A stretch of 64,000 nt of DNA from an uncultured Actinomycetota bacterium (GTDB lineage Bacteria > Actinomycetota > Actinomycetes > S36-B12 > UBA5976). The translations under genes were made by a program, and so were the position numbers. The notes under the pieces are model-generated. The model was not told the origin of the DNA, did not search any database, and saw nothing but the letters and a program-made list of their open reading frames with translations. Where the stretch lies: positions 65,836-129,835 of the forward strand of contig CAWATP010000013.1 in assembly GCA_963784905.1 (NCBI GenBank). Direction: 5' to 3'. Positions 39,204-48,462 of the stretch are shown here, piece after piece; the first letter of the stretch is position 1; every line of letters starts with the position of its first letter.

Positions 39204-40577
39204 ATGTCGAACTTCGCTCCGGAACGAGCTACGGATTCGGTCTGGCGTGCGACTGCAGGCGCGGCCCCTTCGTTCCCCGCACAGCCACTGCCCCATCGCG
39301 CCGACGTGGTGGTTATCGGAGCAGGGTATACCGGCCTCTGGACTGCGCTGCACCTCCTGCGCGAGCAACCCGAACTTTCCGTGGTCGTGCTCGAACGCAC
39401 CGCAGTGGGATTTGGTGCAAGCGGTCGCAATGGCGGCTGGGCCTCCGCGCTGTTCCCGACGTCGCTTGAACGCATTGCCTCGTTCTCATCGCGCGAACAG
39501 GCAGTCGCGATGCAACACGCGATGTACGGGGTCGTCGATGAACTCGCAGCGTGGACGCAAGAAGAGAACATCGAATGCGAGTACGCGAAGGGCGGCACCA
39601 TCACCGTCGCCCGCAATGCCGCGCAAGTGCAATCCTTGCGTCAAGATATTGAACATGACGAATCATGGGGTGCAGGCCATGACGATGTGCGCTTCCTTGA
39701 TGCGCATCAAACGAGCGCGCGCATTGGCATGGCAGGAGCGCTTGCCGGCAAGTACACACCGCACTGCGCAGCGTTACATCCGCTAAAACTCGTCCACGGT
39801 CTGGCGCTTGCGGTTTCTCGACGCGGCGGCGTGATCCTGGAGGGCACCGCCGCTTTGTCCTACTCCCCCGGCGTAGTCTCGACCAATCGCGGCGTGATCA
39901 TTTGCGACTCGGTAATCCGCGCGACCGAAGGCTTTAGTGCGCGCTTCGATGCACATGTGCGCGAAGTGATGCCGGTGTACTCACTCATGATCGCCACCGA
40001 ACCGCTCACGGAAGAGCAATGGGACACGATCGGATTGCACGAACGTGAAACCTTCACCGAGCAACGCCATGTCGTCATTTACGGCCAGCGAACGGCGGAT
40101 GGCCGCCTAGCCTTCGGCGGTCGCGGCGCTCCGTACCACTGGGGGTCTGCGGTCGATGCTCGGTTCGACTCGCACGCCGGTGTTCACCGCGGGTTGCAAG
40201 AGACACTCATTGAGCTGTTCCCAACACTCAAATCCACCCGGATCACGCACCGCTGGGGCGGCGCGCTGGCGATTCCACGCGACTACATGCCCTTCGTACG
40301 TTTCGCCGACGGTGTCGGCTCCGCCGGTGGCTATGTTGGTGATGGCGTTGCATCGGCGGCGTTAGCCGGAAGAACGATGGCGGACCTCGTGCTGCATCGC
40401 GCCACTGAACGCACGGCGCTCCCCTGGGTCAACCACCGTGGTCGCAAGTGGGAGCCGGAGCCGCTCCGTTGGCTCGAAGCCAACGGCATGCTTGCTGGAT
40501 TGAACCTGGCCGATCGCATGGAAGCGAAGACTGGCAAACCTTCGCGGCTGGCTAGCTTGCTCTACCGCTTCCTCTGA
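39204..40577 (+). CDS. FAD-dependent oxidoreductase (DAO family; gamma-glutamylputrescine/amine oxidase-like)
   Basis: Dinucleotide-binding ADVVVIGAGYTGLWTALHL. 457 aa. Last gene of the plus-strand asnC-transaminase operon. Confidence 0.8.
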   Translation: MSNFAPERATDSVWRATAGAAPSFPAQPLPHRADVVVIGAGYTGLWTALHLLREQPELSVVVLERTAVGFGASGRNGGWASALFPTSLERIASFSSREQAVAMQHAMYGVVDELAAWTQEENIECEYAKGGTITVARNAAQVQSLRQDIEHDESWGAGHDDVRFLDAHQTSARIGMAGALAGKYTPHCAALHPLKLVHGLALAVSRRGGVILEGTAALSYSPGVVSTNRGVIICDSVIRATEGFSARFDAHVREVMPVYSLMIATEPLTEEQWDTIGLHERETFTEQRHVVIYGQRTADGRLAFGGRGAPYHWGSAVDARFDSHAGVHRGLQETLIELFPTLKSTRITHRWGGALAIPRDYMPFVRFADGVGSAGGYVGDGVASAALAGRTMADLVLHRATERTALPWVNHRGRKWEPEPLRWLEANGMLAGLNLADRMEAKTGKPSRLASLLYRFL

Positions 40578-41530
40578 CGCAGCGAGCTGGGGTGCTCCGT
40601 ACCGGTTTCGCGACGATGTGGCATGCCGCCGGCGGCGGGCACGACTTCGGCTGCCAAGTCGATGAGCGCTTCTGTCGCTGAGAACATGGATCTATTGGCT
40701 GGCGCCACGATTACGACCTGCCGTTCGATCACTTCACGCAGCGGCGTCCGGCCCAGGTCGTCCAGCGTCGCGAGGTGCAAATACAAGTCCGTCGCCAGTG
40801 TGAGACCGAGTCCCTGGGCCGCCATCTGTGAGGCAGCGGCTATGTCGTTCACTTCGTGCTGCACATTCGGCTCCACGCCGACATGACGAAAGGCATTGCG
40901 CAGCACGCGACCCATCGGCGTCGAGGCCTCGGGCAGAATCCATCGCTCATCGGCGATGTCGGCCAGGGAGACTGGAGTGTGCCGGACGATCGGTGCACCT
41001 CCTGCCACCCAGAAGCGCTCCGTCAATAGCCGCTGGACAGAGGTGGTGCGATCTCGCGGCAACGGCGCCTCGTCGTATTCGAGACCGAAGGCAATATCGA
41101 CTTCCCCGAGGGAAACCGCTCGAATTGGTGCATCGGCATCGATCTCGCGGGTGAGCACCTTCAGCTCGGGAAAGCGCTCGGCCGCAGTGGTCAGCAACGG
41201 CGCGAGCAGGGCGGCCGCCGAACTGCCCCAGGTGCCCAACACCAACTGACCTGCGATAGCTCCGCCCGTCTGGGCCAGCGCTTGGCGCGCCCGCTCCTCC
41301 GCCAACAAGACACGCTCCGCTTCAGACGCCAGGACCCGGCCCGCATCAGTGAGTACGGCTCGGCGGCCAACCTTGACGAGCAGGTCTACCCCGACGGAGC
41401 GTTCCAGTTCCGCGATCTGCTGCGAAACGGCACCAGGGGTGTAGCCCAGTGCTTCGGCGGCTTTGGCCATGGTGCCACGGCGGGAGAACTCACGCAGGGT
41501 GGCGAGTTGAGTGAGATTCAGCCGAGCCAT
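40562..41530 (-). CDS. LysR family transcriptional regulator
   Basis: MARLNLTQLATLREFSRRGTMAKAAEALGYTPGAVSQQIAELE is the HTH, followed by a LysR substrate-binding domain. The 3' end overlaps the convergent oxidoreductase gene by 16 nt. Confidence 0.88.
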   Translation of the reverse strand: MARLNLTQLATLREFSRRGTMAKAAEALGYTPGAVSQQIAELERSVGVDLLVKVGRRAVLTDAGRVLASEAERVLLAEERARQALAQTGGAIAGQLVLGTWGSSAAALLAPLLTTAAERFPELKVLTREIDADAPIRAVSLGEVDIAFGLEYDEAPLPRDRTTSVQRLLTERFWVAGGAPIVRHTPVSLADIADERWILPEASTPMGRVLRNAFRHVGVEPNVQHEVNDIAAASQMAAQGLGLTLATDLYLHLATLDDLGRTPLREVIERQVVIVAPANRSMFSATEALIDLAAEVVPAAGGMPHRRETGTEHPSSLRQRKR

Positions 41531-41555
41531 CTCGCCCGCCCCGGAAAACACGAAA

Positions 41556-41595
41556 GTGCGATCGCACGCGTATAAAGCGCGTAGTGCGACCGCAC
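41556..41595. promoter_or_regulatory. twin 12-mers GTGCGATCGCAC / GTGCGACCGCAC flanking ACGCG-TATAAAG-CGCGT, 26 nt upstream of the LysR start
   Basis: Read directly: gtgcgatcgcacgcgtataaagcgcgtagtgcgaccgcac. The first 12-mer is a perfect palindrome. The whole element can also fold as an imperfect hairpin. Confidence 0.3.
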
Positions 41596-41633
41596 CCGTG
41601 AACCGAACGGCGCCTGACGTCCGGTGTGATCAG

Positions 41634-41717
41634 TTAGCCCTCGCGGACGATGAGCGTCATGTACGCGGCAATTGCGACACTGGCTGCTGCAGCGATGATG
41701 AACATAAAGCTCTCCAT
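41634..41717 (-). CDS. candidate small hydrophobic protein (27 aa), unannotated by the ORF track
   Basis: My translation is MESFMFIIAAAASVAIAAYMTLIVREG*, preceded by GGAAAGGAAG 5 nt upstream of the ATG. It has one predicted TM helix. It is below the track's size cutoff. No homology evidence is available. Confidence 0.25.
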   Translation of the reverse strand: MESFMFIIAAAASVAIAAYMTLIVREG

Positions 41718-41878
41718 GGCGGCTTCCTTTCCTGCGGTGGGATCGAATCGAATCCGATCGGGTGGCGCGTGATGCGCTTCCCACAGGAACAGTGTGCATG
41801 AGTCCACACAATAGCAAAAGCGATGCTTTTTGCACTCAATACATCACATTTACTAACGTATTGAATGCGGCGTCCGTA

Positions 41879-43048
41879 TCAGCCTTGGTACGCGGCTAGG
41901 CCCGTCAGCGCTTCGCCAATGACCAGCGTGTGAATCTCGTGCGTTCCCTCATAGGTAAGCACCGCCTCGAGATTGTTGGCATGACGAATGATCGGGTACT
42001 CCAAGGTGATGCCGTTGCCACCCAGAATGGAACGGCATTCACGCGCGATGTCGATGGCTGCCTTGACATTGTTGAACTTGCCGACGCTGATGGTTTCCGG
42101 GCGCACTGCTCCGGCGTCCTTCATGACACCGATGCGGTGCGCAAGCAGGTAGCCGGTGTCGAGGGACACGGCCATCTCTGCCAGCTTGCGCTGCGTCAAC
42201 TGGAAGCCGCCGATGGGGCGATCAAACTGGATACGCGTCATCGAGTAATCGATCGCGGTTTCAAGGCAATCGCGAGCTGCGCCCAGCACACCCCAGATGA
42301 TGCCGAAGCGGGCTTCTCCGAGGCACGTGAGCGGGCCACGAAGGCCTCGGGCACTGGGTAACATCGCCGAGGCCGGGAGGCGCACGTTGTCCAGCACCAG
42401 CTCTGCCGTCACCGACGCACGCAACGACATCTTCTTATGAATCTCGTTGGCGGTGAAGCCTTTCGCGTTTGTCGGCACGATGAAGCCACGAATACCCTCA
42501 TCGGTATTGGCCCATACCACTGCAACGCCAGCAACGGTGCCGCTGGTGATCCACATCTTGGTTCCGTTGAGCACCCAGTCGTCGCCATCGCGCTTGGCGA
42601 AGGTGCGCATACCTGAAGGATTGGAACCAAAGTCCGGCTCGGTGAGACCGAAGCATCCGATCACTTCGCCTCGCGCCATACGCGGCAGCCATTCCTGCTT
42701 CTGATCCTCACTGCCCCAGTGATGAATGGCGAACATCGCGAGCGACCCCTGCACCGACACCAGCGAGCGCAAGCCCGAGTCGCCGGCCTCGAGTTCGAGA
42801 TTTGCCAGACCGTATGAGATGGCATCGGTGCCGGCACAGTCATACCCCTGCAAATGCATGCCGAGCAGTCCAATTTCGCCCATCTCCAACGCAAGTTCGG
42901 CGGCCGGCAGCGTGCCTCGCTCGAACCAATCGGCGATGTCGGGACGAATGCGATCGTCAACATACTGACGAACCGTGTCGCGGATCATCCTCTGCTCTTC
43001 GGTGAGCAAGTTGTCAAGGTCGAGCAGTGCGAACGGTCGTTGCGGCAT
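41879..43048 (-). CDS. acyl-CoA dehydrogenase, glutaryl-CoA dehydrogenase-like
   Basis: ..GCFGLTEPDFGSNPSGMRTFAKRDGDDWVLNGTKMWITSG.. and ..YEGTHEIHTLVIGEALTG.. resemble GcdH-type ACADs. Confidence 0.88.
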   Translation of the reverse strand: MPQRPFALLDLDNLLTEEQRMIRDTVRQYVDDRIRPDIADWFERGTLPAAELALEMGEIGLLGMHLQGYDCAGTDAISYGLANLELEAGDSGLRSLVSVQGSLAMFAIHHWGSEDQKQEWLPRMARGEVIGCFGLTEPDFGSNPSGMRTFAKRDGDDWVLNGTKMWITSGTVAGVAVVWANTDEGIRGFIVPTNAKGFTANEIHKKMSLRASVTAELVLDNVRLPASAMLPSARGLRGPLTCLGEARFGIIWGVLGAARDCLETAIDYSMTRIQFDRPIGGFQLTQRKLAEMAVSLDTGYLLAHRIGVMKDAGAVRPETISVGKFNNVKAAIDIARECRSILGGNGITLEYPIIRHANNLEAVLTYEGTHEIHTLVIGEALTGLAAYQG

Positions 43049-43072
43049 GACGGCTCCTGGTCGAAAGATGCG

Positions 43073-43092
43073 TGGATTGTATCCAATATCCA
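43073..43092 (-). promoter_or_regulatory. candidate operator upstream of the acyl-CoA dehydrogenase gene (contains GTATCCAAT)
   Basis: tggattgtatccaatatcca lies between the GntR stop (43094) and the ACAD start (43048). It has TGGAT/ATCCA dyad ends. The 9-mer is shared with 44900-44908 and 48330-48338. Confidence 0.3.
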
Positions 43093-43093
43093 G

Positions 43094-43750
43094 TTACTGA
43101 TCTAGCAATGCGCTCACGTGGTGCACCGCGTGATCACGGTGCGTGTGGAGGAGCGCGATGGTGCGTAGAATGTCGCGCTCACGCACGGCCTCGACGATCG
43201 CTCGATGCTCGTGTTCCACTTGTAGACGATTGGGTTCTTCGGCGAAATAGACCGAACGGTAGGCGTCGGTGGCGTCCCACAACTGACGAATCAGGCGGGC
43301 GAGGCGTGGCATAGCAGCTCGTTCTATGAGCAGAAAATGGAACTGCCGATTCGCGCTCGTCATGCCTGCAATATCACCGCGGGCCGCAGCAACCTCGATC
43401 GCGGTCATGGCAGCGGTCAGTTCCGCTACGTCCTCGTCGCGGAGCAGGGGAATCGCCGTGGAAACGGCTTCGTCCTCGAGGAGTTCGCGGATGCGATAAA
43501 CCTCAGTGAGGTCGGCGCTGGAGAGTTCAGCCACAAAGTAACCGCGGTGCGGGTGATACGTCACTTGACCCTCGCCTTCGAGGATCTTGAGAGCTTCACG
43601 CAACGGGACGCGAGACGTACCCAATCGTTCAGCCAATGCGTCTTGGCGGATCTGCTCGCCGGGGCGAAGCTCGCCCGAAACGATGCCACGGCGCAATTCG
43701 CCGAGGACAAACTCCTGGGCAGTTTGCGGGCGGCGCGGTCTATCAGTCAC
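43094..43750 (-). CDS. GntR family (FadR/FCD subfamily) transcriptional regulator
   Basis: N-terminal winged HTH ..LRPGEQIRQDALAERLGTSRVPLREALKILEGEGQV.. and a C-terminal FCD helical domain. The GTG start overlaps the CoA-transferase stop (GTGA). Confidence 0.88.
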   Translation of the reverse strand: MTDRPRRPQTAQEFVLGELRRGIVSGELRPGEQIRQDALAERLGTSRVPLREALKILEGEGQVTYHPHRGYFVAELSSADLTEVYRIRELLEDEAVSTAIPLLRDEDVAELTAAMTAIEVAAARGDIAGMTSANRQFHFLLIERAAMPRLARLIRQLWDATDAYRSVYFAEEPNRLQVEHEHRAIVEAVRERDILRTIALLHTHRDHAVHHVSALLDQ

Positions 43751-44868
43751 AACGCATCCTCCAGGTCGATGTTGCCGATACGCGGCGGACGCGACCGGTA
43801 TTCGGCCGGTGTGCGCGATAGCGCGATTGGATGCGCGACAGTCGGCAGGCCTTCAACTACTGCGATCGGATTGAGTCCGAGCCTTGTGGCTAAGGCAAAT
43901 GCATCATCGATGCCATTCACCGGTCCACACGGCACGCCGACTGCGGCGAACTCCGCTAACCACGCGTCAGCACCTCGCCGGGCAAGTGCGGACTGCAGGA
44001 GTTGACGCAGCTCACCGCGGTGGCTCACCCGTGACGGGTTTGTACTAAAGCGCACATCATCAGCCAATTCCGGCAGTCCCAAGGCCTGCACGCAATGGCC
44101 GAACTGCGAGTCGTTCCCGACGGCCAGCGCGAGAGCACGATCGGCCGTTTCGTAAATTTCGTACGGGGCGATACTGGGGTGGGCATTGCCCATCGCCTGC
44201 GGAACGATGCCGGCGCCGACAAACGCCCCCGCCTGATTCACCATGCCCGACAGCAGCGAACCCAACAGTGTCACATCAACTCGCTGCCCTTCGCCCGTCC
44301 TGTCGCGGTGCCGCAGCGCGGCCAAGATCCCGATAGCGCAATGCAGTCCGGTGATGACGTCGACGAGTGCAACACCAGCTTTCGTCGGTGTCTGAGGATC
44401 GGGGCCGGTGATGCTCATCAGCCCACCTACGGCCTGCACCAGCAGGTCGTAACCCGGCAGCTTGGCAGCCTCCGGCGTCCGCCCGAAACCAGAAATCGAC
44501 GCGTAGACGAGCCTCGGCTGATCTGCGACAAGCGCGTCATAGCCGAGCCCGAACTTCTCCATGGTGCCCGGCACAAAGTTCTCAACGACGACATCGCAAC
44601 TGCGAATGAGCATGATTGCATCAGCGCGCCCCACGTCAGTCGCCAAGTCCAGTGCGAGCGATTGCTTATTGCGGTTGATGGAGCCGTAATAGGTGGCGTC
44701 GCCGGCGCTGTCGAAGGGCGGTCCCCATTGACGGGTGTCGTCCCCGAGGGGAGGGCGTTCGACCTTGATCACCTGCGCCCCAAGGTCGGCAAGCAGCATG
44801 GTGGCGTAAGGGCCGGCAAGGATGCGTGAGAAATCCGCGATGCGGACTCCATCCAGTGCCCCTGCCAT
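43747..44868 (-). CDS. family III CoA-transferase (CaiB/BaiF)
   Basis: ..LDGVRIADFSRILAGPYATMLLADLGAQVIKVE.. is the family N-terminus. The start is set at the ATG at 44868, because the longer ORF would run into the 44941-44998 hairpin. Confidence 0.85.
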   Translation of the reverse strand: MAGALDGVRIADFSRILAGPYATMLLADLGAQVIKVERPPLGDDTRQWGPPFDSAGDATYYGSINRNKQSLALDLATDVGRADAIMLIRSCDVVVENFVPGTMEKFGLGYDALVADQPRLVYASISGFGRTPEAAKLPGYDLLVQAVGGLMSITGPDPQTPTKAGVALVDVITGLHCAIGILAALRHRDRTGEGQRVDVTLLGSLLSGMVNQAGAFVGAGIVPQAMGNAHPSIAPYEIYETADRALALAVGNDSQFGHCVQALGLPELADDVRFSTNPSRVSHRGELRQLLQSALARRGADAWLAEFAAVGVPCGPVNGIDDAFALATRLGLNPIAVVEGLPTVAHPIALSRTPAEYRSRPPRIGNIDLEDAL

Positions 44869-44891
44869 GCCAACTCCAACCCGCGAGCGTC

Positions 44892-44910
44892 TGGATATCG
44901 TATCCAATTG
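44892..44910 (-). promoter_or_regulatory. candidate operator upstream of the CoA-transferase/GntR operon (contains GTATCCAATTG)
   Basis: tggatatcgtatccaattg contains GGATA-N3-TATCC and is followed by CCAAT-N6-ATTGG. It lies 24-42 nt upstream of the ATG at 44868. Confidence 0.3.
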
Positions 44911-44940
44911 CGCGATTGGCGGCATCGGCCATTCCCTGCG

Positions 44941-44998
44941 CTTCACTGTCGAATCTGTTCGACTTCGCGTAGCGAAGCGAACAGATTCGACAGTGAAG
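44941..44998 (-). terminator. 58-nt compound hairpin immediately downstream of rlmN (terminator or processing/REP-like element)
   Basis: A 21-bp perfect outer stem (44941-44961 pairs with 44978-44998) encloses, after a one-base bulge, a 6-bp inner stem cttcgc-gta-gcgaag. There is no T-tract. Confidence 0.5.
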
Positions 44999-45012
44999 CC
45001 AAGAGGATGGGG

Positions 45013-46137
45013 TTACCGGGTTGTCGCGGCAAGCTGCCCGCAGGCACCATCAATGTCACGACCGCGTGTATCCCGAACCGTGACTGCAATGCCCTTGGCT
45101 TCGAGACGCCGAACGAACTCTCGCTCGTCGCGGGGATCCGATGCCGTCCATTTGGATCCTGGCGTGGGATTCAACGGGATGAGATTGACGTGCACTAGGT
45201 GACCGCGCAAGCGATCGGCAAGCATGTCCGCCCGCCAAGCCTGATCATTGATATTGCGGATCAAGGCATACTCGATGGAGATGCGACGCCCGGTGACATC
45301 GGCGTAATTCCATGCCGCGTCCAATACCTGCTGCACCTTCCAGCGCGAATTGATCGGCACCAGCTCATCACGAAGTTCGTCGTCAGGGGCATGCAATGAA
45401 ACTGCCAGCGTCACGGGGAAACCAGACGTAGCCAGATCATTCATCCGCGGTACCAGCCCGACAGTGGACACTGTGATTCCGCGGGCGCTCATGCCGAGGC
45501 CCTCGGGTGACGCACTCGTCAGCCGTTCGATAGCAGCGATGATGCGCGGATAGTTGGCCATCGGCTCGCCCATACCCATGAATACAACGTTGGAAATCCG
45601 CCCCGGTCCACCGTGGATCTCACCGCGATGCAACGCCCGTGCACCGGCCATGACCTGCTCGACAATTTCGGCTGTCGACAAGTTTCGCGTTAAGCCAGCC
45701 TGTCCGGTGGCGCAAAATGGACAGTTCATACCGCAGCCAGCCTGCGACGAGATGCACATCGTGACCCGGTTGGGATAGCGCATCAAGACGCTCTCGACGA
45801 GTGCACCATCGAACAAACGCCAAACATGCTTGACCGTGTCGCCACGATCGCATGACAGCGTTCGGATGGGGGTGAGCAGTTCTGGGACGAGGGCAGTAAC
45901 TAAGGCCGCGCGATCCGCCACGGGAATGTCGGTCCACGTGTCAGGTGCATCGTTGAGTCGACCGAACCACTGCCGACTCAACTGATCTGCTCGGAAACCC
46001 TTAAGTCCGATTTCAGCGGCCTTGGCCCGACGCTCACTCGCACTGAGATCAGTGAGGTGCTGTGGCGGCATCGCCCGACGGGGCGGCGCCATTTGCAGTT
46101 CGCCCGGCTTGGGGCGAACAACGTCTTCATTCGTCAT
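45013..46137 (-). CDS. rlmN: 23S rRNA (adenine2503-C2)/tRNA methyltransferase, radical SAM
   Basis: [19 protein letters not shown] radical-SAM cluster motif and ..GMGEPMANY.. The ATG overlaps the cdsA stop (ATGA). Confidence 0.93.
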   Translation of the reverse strand: MTNEDVVRPKPGELQMAPPRRAMPPQHLTDLSASERRAKAAEIGLKGFRADQLSRQWFGRLNDAPDTWTDIPVADRAALVTALVPELLTPIRTLSCDRGDTVKHVWRLFDGALVESVLMRYPNRVTMCISSQAGCGMNCPFCATGQAGLTRNLSTAEIVEQVMAGARALHRGEIHGGPGRISNVVFMGMGEPMANYPRIIAAIERLTSASPEGLGMSARGITVSTVGLVPRMNDLATSGFPVTLAVSLHAPDDELRDELVPINSRWKVQQVLDAAWNYADVTGRRISIEYALIRNINDQAWRADMLADRLRGHLVHVNLIPLNPTPGSKWTASDPRDEREFVRRLEAKGIAVTVRDTRGRDIDGACGQLAATTR

Positions 46138-46967
46138 ACGCCCATCCAGGTGAAGCCGATCGACGCAACCAGTGCGTTGATGAGGAGTGAATCAAGGCGG
46201 TCCATGAACCCACCATGCCCGGGCAGCGCCTGGCTCATGTCTTTCACGCCGAGATCGCGCTTAATGGCGCTCTCTGCGAAATCGCCCACGGTGGCCGAAA
46301 TCGACATTACTAGGCCGAGCGCAATGCCCTGCCACGGCGCGATGGCCAAGAGATGTGGCACAAGCAAGCCGCCGAGGGCAGCTTGCGTGACGAGTGAGCC
46401 GAGCATGCCTTCCCACGACTTCTTGGGGCTGATGCTCGCCGCGATCGGATGCTTGCCAAAGAAGACACCGGCCGCGTATCCGCCCGTGTCATTGCCGGCC
46501 GTAAGCAACACCATCGTGATGACACGCGCGGCGCCCCCGTCCCCTGCCGACATTGCCGTAGCAAAGCCAACCAAGAGTGGAACGTAGGCAATAACCAGCA
46601 CCGACGCCGCCAGGTCATCAAAATAGCCCTTGACGCCCGCGCCGAGCCGATGCCAGGCCACGACGACGACCGAAGCCGCAAACACGCCCAAGGAAATATC
46701 GGAACTGTAGAAATATGAGATGGCCGGAATGAGCACTGCCGCTGGGTAGGCGACTTCACGTACGACGTGGCGGTCGCGATGCTCCAGCGCGTTGGCGAGT
46801 TCCCGTACAGCCAAGACCGACGCCGCCATAGCCAACACTACGAAACCCACCCGGAACCACAGCAGCGCGGAGAACACGAGTGCCAGCAAACCCACGCCCA
46901 CGGCGGTGGCCGCAGGCAGGTTCCGCCCTGCGCGGCCGCCGCTCCCGGTGTTGGGGTTCGAGGTCAA
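46134..46967 (-). CDS. cdsA: phosphatidate cytidylyltransferase
   Basis: Polytopic, with the C-terminal signature ..[28 protein letters not shown].. The start is uncertain. The TTG at 46967 is just after the frr stop, while the track's ATG at 47045 would overlap frr by 77 nt. Confidence 0.85.
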   Translation of the reverse strand: MTSNPNTGSGGRAGRNLPAATAVGVGLLALVFSALLWFRVGFVVLAMAASVLAVRELANALEHRDRHVVREVAYPAAVLIPAISYFYSSDISLGVFAASVVVVAWHRLGAGVKGYFDDLAASVLVIAYVPLLVGFATAMSAGDGGAARVITMVLLTAGNDTGGYAAGVFFGKHPIAASISPKKSWEGMLGSLVTQAALGGLLVPHLLAIAPWQGIALGLVMSISATVGDFAESAIKRDLGVKDMSQALPGHGGFMDRLDSLLINALVASIGFTWMGV

Positions 46968-46968
46968 G

Positions 46969-47526
46969 TTAGACCTCGAGCAATTCAGCTTCTTTGTGCT
47001 TGAGAACGTCGTCAATCTGCGCCTCGTGCTTGCGAGTGAGATCATCGAGGTTCTTTTCCGCGCGCGACACCTCGTCTTCGCCGACGTGGCCGTCTTTCTT
47101 CAGTTTCTCAAGCGAGTCCTTGGCATGGCGACGAATATTGCGCATGGTCACCCGCGACTCTTCGGCCTTGTGCTTCGCCACTTTGATGAACTCCTTGCGT
47201 CGCTCTTCGGTGAGCTGCGGGATGGAGACACGGATGATGACGCCGTCCGAGGTTGGGTTCACGCCTAGATCAGAATCGCGGATTGCCTTTTCAATCGCAT
47301 TCATCGCGGCCTTGTCATAGGGCGAGATGACCACCATGCGAGCCTCAGGCACCGTGAAGGAGGCCAACTGCGGCAAGGGCGTGTAGGTGCCGTAGTACTC
47401 GACCGTGATCTTCTGGAACATCGACGCACTCGCACGTCCCGTACGGATGGTCGCGAGGTCCTCCTTGGCTACTTCGACGGCCTTGGCCATCTTTTCCTCA
47501 GCTTCGAGCAGGATGTCATCGATCAC
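46969..47526 (-). CDS. frr: ribosome recycling factor
   Basis: 185 aa. ..[39 protein letters not shown]-like..[11 protein letters not shown].. is canonical RRF. The GTG start overlaps the pyrH stop. Confidence 0.95.
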   Translation of the reverse strand: MIDDILLEAEEKMAKAVEVAKEDLATIRTGRASASMFQKITVEYYGTYTPLPQLASFTVPEARMVVISPYDKAAMNAIEKAIRDSDLGVNPTSDGVIIRVSIPQLTEERRKEFIKVAKHKAEESRVTMRNIRRHAKDSLEKLKKDGHVGEDEVSRAEKNLDDLTRKHEAQIDDVLKHKEAELLEV

Positions 47527-48317
47527 AGTGCACTCCCAGTGGTTACTAACGTGCCAATCCTCTCACCGCGCACGGCGCGCGCGATGTTTCCCTCTACGAG
47601 CAGGTTGAAGACCTGGATCGGAAGCTGGTTGTCACGGCACAGACTGATCGCCGTGGCATCGGCAACTTTGAGCCCTCGCGTGAGCACCTCGTGGTGTGAG
47701 AGTTGTTCGAACTTCACAGCATCAGGGTTGAGGCGCGGGTCGGAGTCGTAAACACCGTCGACGCCTTTTGCCATCAGCACGATCTCCGCATGAATCTCGA
47801 GCGCACGCTGGGCGGCACATGAATCAGTGGAGAAGAACGGCACGCCCAAACCAGCGCCGAAGACAACGACCCTGCCCTTTTCCATGTGACGGATGGCGCG
47901 CAATGGCATGTACGGCTCCGCAACCTGACCCATCGCGATCGCAGTTTGCACGCGTGTCGGGCACCCTTGCTTCTCTAGGAAATCCTGCAGGGCCAGGCAG
48001 TTCATAACCGTGCCCAGCATGCCCATGTAGTCGGCACGCGAGCGATCCATGCCGCGCTCTGCCAGTTGCGTGCCACGGAAATAGTTGCCGCCACCGATAA
48101 CGACTGCAACTTCAACGCCACTGCGCACCACGTCGGCAATCTGACGCGCGATCGACTGCACCGTGTCGGGATCAACCCCCAGCCCGCCGCCGCCTGCAAA
48201 GGCTTCACCGGAGAGCTTCAGGAGTACTCGTTTCCAACCACCCGCGGGCACTTCAGGCCAAATAGCCAGTGTGCCTTCGAGTTGCGCTTGGACGACTTCT
48301 GTGGGTTCGGGGTTCAT
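47523..48317 (-). CDS. pyrH: UMP kinase
   Basis: ..[41 protein letters not shown].. The start is the ATG at 48317 after GGAGG. The 331-aa ORF adds a non-homologous extension. Confidence 0.95.
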   Translation of the reverse strand: MNPEPTEVVQAQLEGTLAIWPEVPAGGWKRVLLKLSGEAFAGGGGLGVDPDTVQSIARQIADVVRSGVEVAVVIGGGNYFRGTQLAERGMDRSRADYMGMLGTVMNCLALQDFLEKQGCPTRVQTAIAMGQVAEPYMPLRAIRHMEKGRVVVFGAGLGVPFFSTDSCAAQRALEIHAEIVLMAKGVDGVYDSDPRLNPDAVKFEQLSHHEVLTRGLKVADATAISLCRDNQLPIQVFNLLVEGNIARAVRGERIGTLVTTGSAL

Positions 48318-48462
48318 GCACGCCTCCGAGTATCCAATTGTGCCAGCAAGCGGGCACGATGCGAAGTCGGCATCGGTGTGGCGCTGCCAAGAACGGTCGC
48401 AAAAGCGCCAAGATGAGAAGATTGGTTCGTCAATGCGGATACGGGTGGGTGGGCAGCGGCAT

